From positions 1,127,445 to 1,191,444 of the forward strand of contig CAXWPK010000006.1 in NCBI GenBank assembly GCA_963667885.2: a DNA stretch of 64,000 bases. The letters are read 5' to 3'. The notes beneath the pieces were generated by a model. The model saw nothing but the letters and a program-made list of their open reading frames with translations. It made no database searches and was not told where the DNA came from. This document shows positions 1-9,789 of the stretch, piece after piece; position 1 is the stretch's first letter; every line of letters starts with the position of its first letter. This stretch comes from Bryobacterales bacterium (GTDB lineage Bacteria > Acidobacteriota > Terriglobia > Bryobacterales > UBA6623). The position numbers and the translations under genes are program-made.

Positions 1-1
1 G

Positions 2-256
2 GTGCCATTGTTCGTCGCGAGCTTCTTCCTGCCTGGGCCATGGGGTGTAATCGCGGTCGCGGGCCAAACAGCGTTGTACCTACTGGCGCTCATCGATCCT
101 TGGATTCCAGCAGGTAGCTTGCTCAAGCGCCTGTCGAACCCGAGTCGGGTGTTGGGGTCGTTTCTGCTCGCCGCTGTGTATGCCCTGAAGATCTTCTTCG
201 TACCGCCGCAGGATTTGTGGAAGCCGACCCAGGCGGATCGGCGCAAGGCCAACTAG
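2..256 (+). CDS. 3' end of a membrane-protein gene cut by the window edge (possibly a membrane glycosyltransferase of the polysaccharide locus)
   Basis: The frame is open from the window edge to TAG at 254-256. The product is hydrophobic with 2-3 helices. It sits on the same strand directly ahead of polysaccharide genes. The fragment is too short for a family call. Confidence 0.4.
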   Translation: MPLFVASFFLPGPWGVIAVAGQTALYLLALIDPWIPAGSLLKRLSNPSRVLGSFLLAAVYALKIFFVPPQDLWKPTQADRRKAN

Positions 257-270
257 GGGAGTTTCCCGTT

Positions 271-1428
271 ATGTCAACCCTTCGTAAGGCAGTGCTGATT
301 GGCTTCTATGGCGTGGGCAATCTTGGTGATGAGCTAATGCTGTTCACCATAACGCAGTGGCTTCGCCACCAGGGAATAGAGACGACAGTCATCGGCGAGG
401 GCGCGGATGCGATTACACGCGACCACGGATTGCCGGCGGAGTCGAACATTCCGATTATTCCAGTCTGGTCGATCAAGGACAGTTGGTTTCGGGGGCGTGC
501 ATGGCAGTTGATTCAAATATTCCGCCGCCACGATATTGTTATCGTCGGCGGCGGTGACTTGCTGCGCGACGACAACGGCTGGAAGCAGTTTGTCTATACG
601 CTCGAAAAGTTAATCCTCGGGATCGTCTTAGGTAAACCAACATTTATGGTCAATGTAGGAATCGGGCGGCCGGATACTTCCTATGGTCGCTTTGGTCTGC
701 GAACGATCTTGCCTCGCCTGAGAAGCATTATCGTCCGCGACTCGCGTTCAGTCGCCGTTTGTCAGAAGGCGGGTGCGGCGGAGAATGTTCAGAAAGCTTG
801 CGATATCGTCAACGACATTACAGAATTTCTGGATCCCGTTCAGTTCGAACAGCACCGTCTAGCCTGTACATCGAATCAACGCTCGTACATGTTGGTTTGC
901 CTTCGTGCCAACTCTGACGTGTACGGGCGATACCGCCTCGACGACGGGCGTCTGCATCGTTTGGCGTTGGCGCTGGACCGTTTGGCTCGCGAGGCCGATC
1001 TCGATATTCGATTCCTACCGTTTCAGTCGTCACCTCAGGAGTCAGACGATTCGATCCACCAACGCGTTATGGCGTCCATGCTAGAAAAACATCGTGCGAG
1101 CAGTTTGCCTTGGTCCGGCGATCCAGAGCGTGCTGCGGCCCAGTTCTCCGGTGCCCGGTTTGTCCTCGCGATGCGCTTGCATGCGGCGGTGCTCGCCACC
1201 GGATTTCGTAAGCCGGTGACGTTGATGCCGTACGACCACAAAGTTGTCCAATTCGCGGAGCAACATCATTTGTCGTCGTTGCTGTTGCCGGAGACTCTCG
1301 ATTCGGAAGACGACACCTTTGCGGCTTTGGACGACTCATTGCAAGCTGGCTACTCGGGAAGTATGGATGAAGACTTGCTGAACTGGCGACAACTGTCACT
1401 ATTTGATGACGCAGATTCTGGTTGCTAG
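271..1428 (+). CDS. polysaccharide pyruvyl transferase family protein (CsaB/WcaK-like)
   Basis: The N-terminal motif LIGFYGVGNLGDELML is typical of the PS_pyruv_trans family. The ATG at 271 is preceded by GGGGA. The track ORF start at 217 is probably an upstream extension. Confidence 0.75.
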   Translation: MSTLRKAVLIGFYGVGNLGDELMLFTITQWLRHQGIETTVIGEGADAITRDHGLPAESNIPIIPVWSIKDSWFRGRAWQLIQIFRRHDIVIVGGGDLLRDDNGWKQFVYTLEKLILGIVLGKPTFMVNVGIGRPDTSYGRFGLRTILPRLRSIIVRDSRSVAVCQKAGAAENVQKACDIVNDITEFLDPVQFEQHRLACTSNQRSYMLVCLRANSDVYGRYRLDDGRLHRLALALDRLAREADLDIRFLPFQSSPQESDDSIHQRVMASMLEKHRASSLPWSGDPERAAAQFSGARFVLAMRLHAAVLATGFRKPVTLMPYDHKVVQFAEQHHLSSLLLPETLDSEDDTFAALDDSLQAGYSGSMDEDLLNWRQLSLFDDADSGC

Positions 1429-1497
1429 GGCCGCTCGTGGGAAGTGGCACCGTGATGGTTGTTTCGGAGCATCTAGCGAATACCCAACTTCAGGCGT

Positions 1498-3072
1498 TCA
1501 TCGTATTCGCCGCGCTAACTGCAACGGAGCCAGTGCGAGTTTCTTGAGCGCCTGAACTTCGTCCGGCTCGGGCACGCGTTGCCAGGCTAGCAGTGCAACG
1601 TAGATCAGACCGAACAGCCCGCCGCACGCCGCCAGTCGCCCAATCGGGACTACGTCTAGGAGCGCGACTCTAAGGAGGCCAGCTGCCAACATCGCGCTCG
1701 CCGTCGCGATCAAGGCCTTTGCCGTATCTCCAAACAAGTAGGCGTGCGCGCGTCCTACGCCAAGCAAGCGTGCGAGCCCGATCGTAACGGACACCTTTGC
1801 GGTTAGGCGAACCGCTAAGACTGTAGCAATGACGCCGACCATCCCATACTGGGGAGTGACCCAGACTAGGGCTGCCATCAAGGCGCTGGTCAGAACCGCC
1901 ATTAGTGTCAACATCCAATACCGGTACTTCGGATACGCACGAATGATGGGGTCTGTAGGAATGATGCCGAACAGTAGCATCACCAAGTTGATTCTAAAAA
2001 TCGGCAGACTTTCCACATACTGTGACGTAAACAAAACGGTGATGAACTCTTCTCCCGCAATGGTGAGAAAGCCAAACAAGGGCAGAAGCACAATACCTAG
2101 CTTGCGGCCCGCACGCAAGCTGAGGTGGATTATCTTTTCGGTCTCTCCATTTCTCTGAAATCGGCTGACTTGTGGAATGAGGACACTTGCGGCCGCGTCG
2201 GTTAGCATCCCGACCAGAGGAAGTTGAAAACATCCAATTGCATAAATTGCGAAGACAGTTGGGCCGAACTCATGCGAGACAAAGTAGTTATGGACGTCAG
2301 TTTGAAACGTGTAGAGCAGCCCCGATGCGCCGAAGGGCAAAGCATAGGCCAGCTGGCGCCCCAGCATTCGAAGATCGAACGCTCGCCAGAACCCAGGGAA
2401 TCGACTCACGACGTAAAACAGCAGTACTACGATCTGAGCCGTAGCATGCAGCTGCGCCGCGACGATTAGCGCTGGCACCGTTGCAATTAGTACCGCAGAA
2501 CCTACCAACATCGCTGTCCTGCTCAGCGAACTGCCCAGTATAAGAATGCTGCCTAGTCGCTCTTCTTGATTGGCGATCGGAGCGATCTGTAGAAACGACC
2601 CGATGATCCAGAGCGTTAGCAGCAGGCCGACCGAGGGAGCTAGTGACTCAAGACTGGCGTCGCCTACAATGTAGGTGAGAATTCCGGGGAACAGCGTGAC
2701 CGATAGCCCGCCGAGCGTTCCCGTGGCGGTCAGGAACAGCAGGATATTGAGTACGGTGGCGTTGCGGTCCTCGGTTTCCCTCGACAGGAAATAGTAGGCG
2801 CTCATGGAGACGCCTAGCGGCAGCATGACCGCTGCGGTGTTGATGACTAGAAAGACCAGCTTGTAGACACCAAAGTCTTCTTGACTCAGGCGGCGCGTCA
2901 ACAACAGCGGCAGAACAATGGAAAAAGCGAACGAGAGGAGCCGCGCAAGGAACACCCAGGACGCGCGATGGGTGAGGCTAGTGACAGGTCCCGAAGTGGT
3001 TGTCGGAGCTGACTCCGGATCGTGCTTGGGACGAGGCTCTGAATCAGTCGACAACTTCACTGAGTGTCGCAA
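1498..3072 (-). CDS. polysaccharide biosynthesis protein / Wzx-like flippase (MOP superfamily)
   Basis: 524 aa with about 12-14 hydrophobic helices throughout. It lies among glycosyltransferase genes. Confidence 0.75.
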   Translation of the reverse strand: MRHSVKLSTDSEPRPKHDPESAPTTTSGPVTSLTHRASWVFLARLLSFAFSIVLPLLLTRRLSQEDFGVYKLVFLVINTAAVMLPLGVSMSAYYFLSRETEDRNATVLNILLFLTATGTLGGLSVTLFPGILTYIVGDASLESLAPSVGLLLTLWIIGSFLQIAPIANQEERLGSILILGSSLSRTAMLVGSAVLIATVPALIVAAQLHATAQIVVLLFYVVSRFPGFWRAFDLRMLGRQLAYALPFGASGLLYTFQTDVHNYFVSHEFGPTVFAIYAIGCFQLPLVGMLTDAAASVLIPQVSRFQRNGETEKIIHLSLRAGRKLGIVLLPLFGFLTIAGEEFITVLFTSQYVESLPIFRINLVMLLFGIIPTDPIIRAYPKYRYWMLTLMAVLTSALMAALVWVTPQYGMVGVIATVLAVRLTAKVSVTIGLARLLGVGRAHAYLFGDTAKALIATASAMLAAGLLRVALLDVVPIGRLAACGGLFGLIYVALLAWQRVPEPDEVQALKKLALAPLQLARRIR

Positions 3073-3177
3073 AAATCCGCAGAAGCGTAAACACGGGAAT
3101 CCCTTAGTCGTTTCGTAGTTTGAGGGGACTCAACCAGCCTGGTGCTCACTGTCAGGCCAAAGTGGTCCGACCGCAGC

Positions 3178-4293
3178 CTAGCCTGCCAGAATGGTCTCGT
3201 AGATCGATTCCATTCGAGTCATCGATGTGGTCATGGAGAACTCACGCTCCATGCGGTTTCGGGCGGCTTGAGCCATGTCCGCTGCCATGCCGGGTTGGTC
3301 CAGCAGCTTGTTCAGGCAGGCGCTCAGTTGGGCAGAGTCTCCTGGAGCGAATAGCAGTCCAGTTCGATCCTCATCAATGAGTTCCACGTTGCCGCCAACT
3401 CTTGTCGCCACTGGGCAGCATCCACACGCCATTGCTTCCATTAGAGAGTTCGATAGAGCTTCCGAATCGGAAGGCAACACAAAGATGTCGATTCCTCGAA
3501 GTAGCCGGGCAACATCCGTTGCTTCCGGGACGAATACGACACGATCAGAACAGTCGGAGTGGGCCACTTGCTGCTCTAGCGGCTCTAATTCCGGTCCGCT
3601 TCCGACTATCGCGAGCCGTAGATCTCCGCGACCCTGACTGATGCGCGCGAACGCGTCGACTAGAACCCGCAGACCCTTCTCTGGGCGCAAGCTGCACACG
3701 GTTCCGATGACCGTTTCGCCGCCGCGAAACTCCGGCACACGTGCGCGATCTCGAGGATGAAACTGGTCTGCGTCGAGGGCGTTGTAGCAACGATGGATTA
3801 GATCGGCAGGAACGGCTTCATCGTTCTGCAAATGGGCCTCTACCGACTTGCAGTTGACGACAATGCCGTCGACCAATCGATCGGTAACGCGTAGCAGTCG
3901 TCGCATTCCGGCACTCCTCAGGTCTCGATGACTGCGCATGCTGGAGAGGACTTTGCATTGGCGGCTCAGTCGCGCGAACAGCGTGGCAAACACTGTTGCA
4001 GGCGGATCGAAGGAATGGACGAGGTCGAACTGCTGTTGCCGGATGAAGCGAGCCAAGCGAATGCCCTGAACCACCGCATGCGGGCGACGGAAGCTGGAGA
4101 CAGGAAAGACGTGGACCGGCACGCCAGCTGCATTGACTGCCGCCGTGCGGATTCCACCCGACCGCAGACAGGCGATGTGAGTCTCGAACCGATCTCGATC
4201 GAGGTTGCAGGCGACGACCGCTGCTTGCCGTTCACTACCGCCAAGCGTCAGCGCGCTAACCGCCAAAAGGAGTCGCCGTTTCTTTATCAACAA
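3178..4293 (-). CDS. glycosyltransferase family 4 (GT-B fold)
   Basis: Contains the C-terminal E-x7-E region SDSEALSNSLMEAMACGCCPVATRVGGNVELIDEDRTGLLF. The N-terminus has LGGSERQ, resembling the GT4 GGxE motif. Confidence 0.85.
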   Translation of the reverse strand: MLIKKRRLLLAVSALTLGGSERQAAVVACNLDRDRFETHIACLRSGGIRTAAVNAAGVPVHVFPVSSFRRPHAVVQGIRLARFIRQQQFDLVHSFDPPATVFATLFARLSRQCKVLSSMRSHRDLRSAGMRRLLRVTDRLVDGIVVNCKSVEAHLQNDEAVPADLIHRCYNALDADQFHPRDRARVPEFRGGETVIGTVCSLRPEKGLRVLVDAFARISQGRGDLRLAIVGSGPELEPLEQQVAHSDCSDRVVFVPEATDVARLLRGIDIFVLPSDSEALSNSLMEAMACGCCPVATRVGGNVELIDEDRTGLLFAPGDSAQLSACLNKLLDQPGMAADMAQAARNRMEREFSMTTSMTRMESIYETILAG

Positions 4294-4560
4294 GGTCCCA
4301 GAGCCATTGCCCTGCGATCAGGATGTGATGCTCGGCGCAGTGCATTGCGGCGTAGCCAGTCTATCATGCGCTGCGAGCCACACCGTGAGGCTTGTAGCGT
4401 GAGAGCGCCGGTCGCCACCACCACTTACACACGCCTTTCTGATGCCTCGATGGAACCAGTCCGTGGCGGCACAGTTGCTTTCTGCGATGGTTCTGGCGGC
4501 GGCTCCGGTTGGACGAGTTCGATACTATTAAATCGTCCTTAGCCGCCACTGACCGCACAT

Positions 4561-5646
4561 ATGCAAAAGCAAATTCGAGTACTGCTGGTCGCACCCTCGA
4601 TGCGCTTAGTCGGTGGTCAAGCGATCCAGGGTCAGCGACTACTGCGGAACCTTCGTCGCGAGCCAGGCATCGAAATTACGTTCTTGGCGATGGACCAGGA
4701 GTTGCCGGGACCTTTCGCAATCCTCGAACGTATTCGGTACGTTCGCACGGTCTCCAGGACTGCGTGCTTTTGCGTCCTGCTGGTGCGCCGAGCTTTCCGA
4801 TGCGACATCATTCACGTCTTCTGCGCATCGTTCTTTTCGTTCCTGTGGGCGCCTGTACCAGCCATCTTGGTAGCAAAGATCTTTGGCAAGAAATCGATCC
4901 TGAACTATCGAGACGGACGTGCGGAGGAGCATCTGCGTCGATGGCGTTGGACGGTTCCAATCATGCATTTGGCCGACGCCATCGTCACGCCGTCTGAATA
5001 TCTTGTTCCAGTGTTCGCCCGCTTCGGATTGCACTCCGAGCATATTCCGAATGTGATTGAGACCGAGCACCTCAAACACCGGGTGCGCACACAACTGAGA
5101 CCCGTATTTCTTCACAACCGCCGACTTGAAGAACTCTATAACGTACCGTGTGTGCTGCGTGCTTTTCAGCGTGTGCAGAGTCGGTATCCTTCTGCGGCGA
5201 TGATCATTGCACACGATGGACCGATGCGAGCTGAACTCGAACGAATGGTGGAGGAACTGGAGCTTCGTCAGGTGAAGTTCATCGGTGAGGTGGCGCAGCA
5301 GATGATCGGTGCGACCTATGACGATGCCGACATCTATTGGACCTGCCCGAACTTCGACTGCATGCCAGGTTCACTACTAGAGTGCTATGCGGCTGGCATT
5401 CCCGTGATTGCCACTCGGGTAGGCGGAATCCCTTATCTGCTTGAAGACGATCGAACTGGCCTGTTGGTGGGTCTCGACGACGACGTCGCTATGGCGGAAC
5501 ACGCAATTCGGCTCCTGGAAGACCCTGAGTTGGTCCGGCGGTTGACGACTGCGGGTCACGCTGAGCTGACGCGGTATCGTTGGCCAGCCGTCCGAGAGAA
5601 ATGGTTGGACATGTATCAACGCTTGGTTCCCGCTGCGCGAGCGTGA
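4561..5646 (+). CDS. glycosyltransferase family 4 (GT-B fold)
   Basis: Contains GSLLECYAAGIPVIATRVGGIPYLLEDDRTGLLV. The N-terminus is RVLLVAPSMRLVGGQ. It is divergent from the previous GT4. Confidence 0.85.
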   Translation: MQKQIRVLLVAPSMRLVGGQAIQGQRLLRNLRREPGIEITFLAMDQELPGPFAILERIRYVRTVSRTACFCVLLVRRAFRCDIIHVFCASFFSFLWAPVPAILVAKIFGKKSILNYRDGRAEEHLRRWRWTVPIMHLADAIVTPSEYLVPVFARFGLHSEHIPNVIETEHLKHRVRTQLRPVFLHNRRLEELYNVPCVLRAFQRVQSRYPSAAMIIAHDGPMRAELERMVEELELRQVKFIGEVAQQMIGATYDDADIYWTCPNFDCMPGSLLECYAAGIPVIATRVGGIPYLLEDDRTGLLVGLDDDVAMAEHAIRLLEDPELVRRLTTAGHAELTRYRWPAVREKWLDMYQRLVPAARA

Positions 5647-6070
5647 CCGTACACCGAGGTGTTCGTCACGCCCTAATCCCTTTCTTTCAAATTAGCTGTT
5701 GCCTCGGCGCTATCGGCCCAGACCTACCAGGTTACGAACCTGTCGAATCAAGACATGGATGAGTTGGAACTCTTTGAGCGGCCAGACACGGTACTCAAAC
5801 AGATCCGAGATCTTTACGAAGCCAGAAGTGCGTCTGCATATCTGTTCACAGTGGCTGCGGAGGTCCGTCTTGAGCTCCAGGCGTAACTCGAAACCGATCA
5901 CGCGACTCGTGCTCGGGTGATTTGTGCCGATGACCATACGGCGAGTTGTAGGGTAGATGTCTCGGGCCCCGCTGCTCGCTTAATGTGAGACGGCTCGAAC
6001 GATTCGGCATCTAACACGCACGTTATTCGATTCGACGACCCGGAAGCTCAACGGACGGCACCGTCAGACG

Positions 6071-6089
6071 CTGGAGTTTGAAACTCCAG
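6071..6089. terminator. hairpin between the convergent GT4 and asnB genes (possible bidirectional terminator)
   Basis: CTGGAGT-TTGAA-ACTCCAG forms a 7-bp stem with a 5-nt loop. There is no strong T-tract on either side. Confidence 0.3.
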
Positions 6090-6169
6090 CAGAGAGATTT
6101 AGTGGTTGTGTTGCATCGACCGGTTGAGCCGGCATTTATTACTGGTGGCGTGGGTGGATCTGAATCGAT

Positions 6170-7886
6170 TCAGCAAGTCGCATGGTCTGAGATGCATGCG
6201 GTGGTGGACGCGGGTACGCCCGACTGCTCGAACCACGATTGAAACATCAGTACAGCCCATAGCTGAAACCGCCAATCCGCTTCACCTCGCCGATGCTCGT
6301 CCCACAGTCGTGTAATCGGAGCGGGATTAAAGATCCCCTCCCGCTGTAGACGTTCCGGTCGTAGTAACTCTGAAGCCCAGGGCTCTAACGGCCCGCGCAA
6401 CCAGTCTCCGATCGGCACACCGAATCCAGCCTTGGGCCGATCCACCAACTTTGGTGGGACGTAGCGATGGAGTATTTTCCGCAGCGGGGCCTTACATTGG
6501 CCGTCGCTGAATTTCTCAGTGACGGGAATGCGCCAGGCAAGCTCGAGAACTCGATAATCGAGAATAGGGCAACGCACTTCGAGGCTGCTCGCCATACTCG
6601 CCCGATCCACCTTCACCAGAATATCGTCTGGAAGGTAGCCCACGGTATCGAGGTACATCATTGTCTCGACGAAGGAAGCTCCTTGAGGTCCGCTTTTTAC
6701 GAACGTCCCGGTTGGTTCGTCTGCATCCCGTAGAATGGCCTCAGGTTGGTACCAGTAGGAAGTCAGCGCCAGGTGCAGATCCGCATCCGATACCTGTGAT
6801 AGGCCATAGGCTCGCCGGTGAAGGCGGTCCCCGAGAGTCCCCATACGTCCCGGCTGCGGATCGGAGAATCCAACGATTCTAAATAACGCGTCCCAGGACG
6901 AAACCGGAAAGCAACGAATTCCCGCAGCGGTAAGACGGCGCCCGAACTTGGGCCAACCACCATACTTAGCTTTGAACCGAGCGTTGGTCTTGTAGGAGTC
7001 GTAGCCAGCGAACAACTCGTCGCCCCCATCACCCGAGAGACTAACTGTCACATCGCGTCGCGCAAGCTGCGATACCAGGATCGTTGGAATCTGCGAAGGG
7101 TCTGCGAATGGCTCGTCAAAAATGGCTGGCAGACGTGGGACCACATCCATCGCATCGGCAGGGGTCACGTACAGTTCCGTGTGATCGGTGCCGAGATACT
7201 CGGCGACCGCCTTGCCATGGATCGCCTCGTCGTGAGATCGCTCATGGAACCCAATGGTAAACGTGCGGACAGGGGTGGCACTCTGCGCCTGCATAAGTGC
7301 AACCACCAGGGAACTATCGATTCCACCGGAAAGAAACGCCCCGAGCGGCACATCGGCAACCATGCGTATCTTGACGGCGTCGAGTAGGAGCGTCTCCAAC
7401 TCCTCCTGAGCCTCATCCGCAGACGTGAACGGTCGACGAGCACCTTCTTCAGCAGCTTCCAACGCCGACCAGTAGGCGGTAGGTTCAACTGAGGCCGCGA
7501 TTGAGCTAGCGGGGATCTCTAGAAACGTTCCAGGAGGTAGTTTGAAGATCCCGCGAAAGATAGAGTGAGGCGCTGGCACATACAGGTGCCTGAGATATAG
7601 CGCCAGCGCTTGAGGGTCAATCTCGGCATGAAACGCAGGGTGTGCACGGAGGGACTTCAGCTCTGAGCCAAATAGAAACGTATCACCTACTAGGCCGTAA
7701 TAAAGTGGTTTCTTGCCCAGGCGGTCGCGACCGAGGTGCAACGTTCGAGTGGCGGTATTCCACAACGCAAGAGCAAACATCCCGTTGAAACGGCGGAGCG
7801 AGCGCTCTACCCCCCAGGTCTGAAAGGCCGCCAGCATCACCTCGGTATCTGAATGTCCGCGAAAGTGATAGCCAGCGCCTTCGAGT
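6170..7886 (-). pseudogene. asnB: asparagine synthase (glutamine-hydrolysing) family amidotransferase, 3' fragment (about 571 codons) split by an IS
   Basis: Carries the PP-loop motif FLSGGIDSSLVVALM and the sequence HFRGHSDTEVMLAAF. The fragment joins 9205-9470 in frame once the IS and one copy of the 3-bp duplication are removed (..YNYVELQAEL|EGAGYHFRGHSDTEV..). Confidence 0.9.
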
Positions 7887-9204
7887 TGAACGACCGGTCT
7901 GATAGGTAACACTCTAAACCGGACGGATGGGTAACAGTATAGGCGGTGGTCAGTGGCCCCCGCGGGGGCCACTGACTGCCGAGCCGAGCGGCCACAGTAC
8001 GCGGTTGGCGGCGTCGAACAAGGCGAGTTCCACCGGACCGAACCAGATCTGCCAAATGGCTTCGTCCACTTCGACTAGCCCGACCAACTCGCGAGCCAAC
8101 GCTTCACTCAGGAAGTACTTCTCGCCGAGGAACTTGATGCGTCCGTCGTGGCGCACTCGTCGGCGCTCCCAGTGCCCCGGGTAATCCAGATCAGCAAGCT
8201 CGCTGGGATAGGCGCGTGTTGCTGGTGCATAGAACGCCGCCGGGGGCCGCTGTCTCAACGCTTCATGCGGACGTTCTTGGTTGTATTCATGACGAAAGAG
8301 GTCGAAGCGGCGCTGCTGTCGGCGACGATCGCCAGCCGGAGGTCTCACTGTCTCGGCTTTGAGCGTGCGGTGTAGCCGCTCGTGGCGACCGTTCTGCTGC
8401 GGCTTGCCCGGCTCGATGCGCTCCACCGCAATGCCCAGCTTCAGCCACCAGACGTTCAACCGGCTCAAGCGTCCGGTGCCGATGGAGGCGAACGGCGAAC
8501 CGTTGTCTGAGCGTATCCTTCGTGGCAGCCCGCGCTCCAGAAACAACCGCTCCAAGCCTCGGCGGGCCTCGGCGTAGGATGTGCCCACGTGTGCGGTGCA
8601 GTTGAGCAGGAAACGACTATATCCGTCGACGACCGTTAGCGGATAACACAGCACGCCGTCGCCGGTGCGAAACTGCCCCTTGTAGTCGATCGTCCAGAGG
8701 TCGTTGGGCGCTTCGGGTTCGCGCAACGGACTGGGTGCCGCTTCGGCCAGTCGCCGCATCCGCTTGCGCCCGCGAACGAGTCCGGCTCGCTTCAGCGCGT
8801 CGCCGATCGTCGACGCCGCTGGCCAGCTTGTCTGTGACTCTTTCGACTCCAGCCAGGCCCTGAGCTTCTTCGGCCCCCAACTCGGATGCTGCCGACGCGC
8901 TTCTATCACTCGTCGCTCGACCGACTCGGGTATCCGACCGGGCTGACGGTGTGCCGCGTGCGAGCGGTCTTCCAGCTCTGGCCAACCGCCTTGACGGAAG
9001 CGTTCTAACCACTTGTATCCGGTCCTGCGGCTGATCCCGTAGAGTCGACACAGCGCCGCCACGTTCGTCGCCGCCCCCGCTCGCAGCCAGTCTTCAATGA
9101 ATCTCTTGCGTTCTTCCATCGGATAGGTCTCCTTCCATGGCATCTCGCCATGGTGTTACCTATCCGCCCGGTCTAACCTGTTACCCTTCCGCCCGGTCTG
9201 TACA
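7887..9204 (-). mobile_element. IS481-like insertion sequence, copy 1 (1318 bp), inserted in asnB
   Basis: The ends are TGTACAG...CGTTCA (TG..CA) with imperfect terminal inverted repeats. It is flanked by the AGT/AGT direct repeat (7884-7886 and 9205-9207). It has the same length and ends as the copies at 10849-12166 and 45812-47129. Confidence 0.9.
7950..9143 (-). CDS. IS481-family DDE transposase (N-terminal HTH plus rve integrase core)
   Basis: 397 aa in a single ORF. It has an N-terminal HTH (LCRLYGISRRTGYKWLERF), the sequence WTIDYKG...CYPLTVVDGYSRF, RSDNGSPF and QQNGRHERLHRTLK (DDE/rve signature). Confidence 0.9.
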   Translation of the reverse strand: MPWKETYPMEERKRFIEDWLRAGAATNVAALCRLYGISRRTGYKWLERFRQGGWPELEDRSHAAHRQPGRIPESVERRVIEARRQHPSWGPKKLRAWLESKESQTSWPAASTIGDALKRAGLVRGRKRMRRLAEAAPSPLREPEAPNDLWTIDYKGQFRTGDGVLCYPLTVVDGYSRFLLNCTAHVGTSYAEARRGLERLFLERGLPRRIRSDNGSPFASIGTGRLSRLNVWWLKLGIAVERIEPGKPQQNGRHERLHRTLKAETVRPPAGDRRRQQRRFDLFRHEYNQERPHEALRQRPPAAFYAPATRAYPSELADLDYPGHWERRRVRHDGRIKFLGEKYFLSEALARELVGLVEVDEAIWQIWFGPVELALFDAANRVLWPLGSAVSGPRGGH

Positions 9205-9470
9205 AGTTCCGCCTGCAGTTCAACGTAGTTATAGATTTCGCCGTTGAAGACCATCACCCACTGCCCATCTTCGGACCACATCGGCTGATGGCCCTTTTCT
9301 GACAGGTCGAGAATGGCGAGCCGGCGGTGGGCCAATGCGACCCCGACAGAGACGTCTGCCCAAACGCCAGAGTCATCCGGTCCCCGGTGCCGGAGCGTGT
9401 TCCCCATGCGCAGTGCAAGTGCTTCCAGGTCTCCGCCGCCACGAGTCAGGAATCCAGCTAGACCGCACAT
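9205..9470 (-). pseudogene. asnB: asparagine synthase family amidotransferase, 5' fragment (88 codons)
   Basis: Starts MCGLAGF (Ntn-glutaminase Cys2), followed by RHRGPDDSG and NGEIYNY. It is interrupted at 9204/9205 by IS copy 1. Confidence 0.9.
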
Positions 9471-9789
9471 CGCGACTCCGATCGTAACAGACGGGTAGCA
9501 GCGCTCCACAGCTCTCGAAACCAAACGCACGAGTCTTCGGCGCACGACCCTTTCGGTTGGGGAATCATCGGGTGGAGTTCGGCGCAATTCCGATCCTTGG
9601 CGGAGTTCAGTGGCGTTGCTTCGTCCTCCTGGTCATCATGCGGCTGTTTCGGTTGGCACAACTTTTCCCTCAATCGCCAAACTTTAAACTACTGGCACGG
9701 CATCGGAATCGGACCTTGGTGCCTGGGGGGAACACCCTCCGTCCACTCTGGCCCAGTTTCCGTCTTGGTGGAATGAGAAAAGCGGAGAG

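Noticed and set aside
9654-9669. Second sigma-54-like motif TGGCACAACTTTTCCC.
   Set aside because: The -12 element is TTCC rather than TTGC. It also points away from asnB into the decayed IS1182 remnant, so there is no gene to drive.
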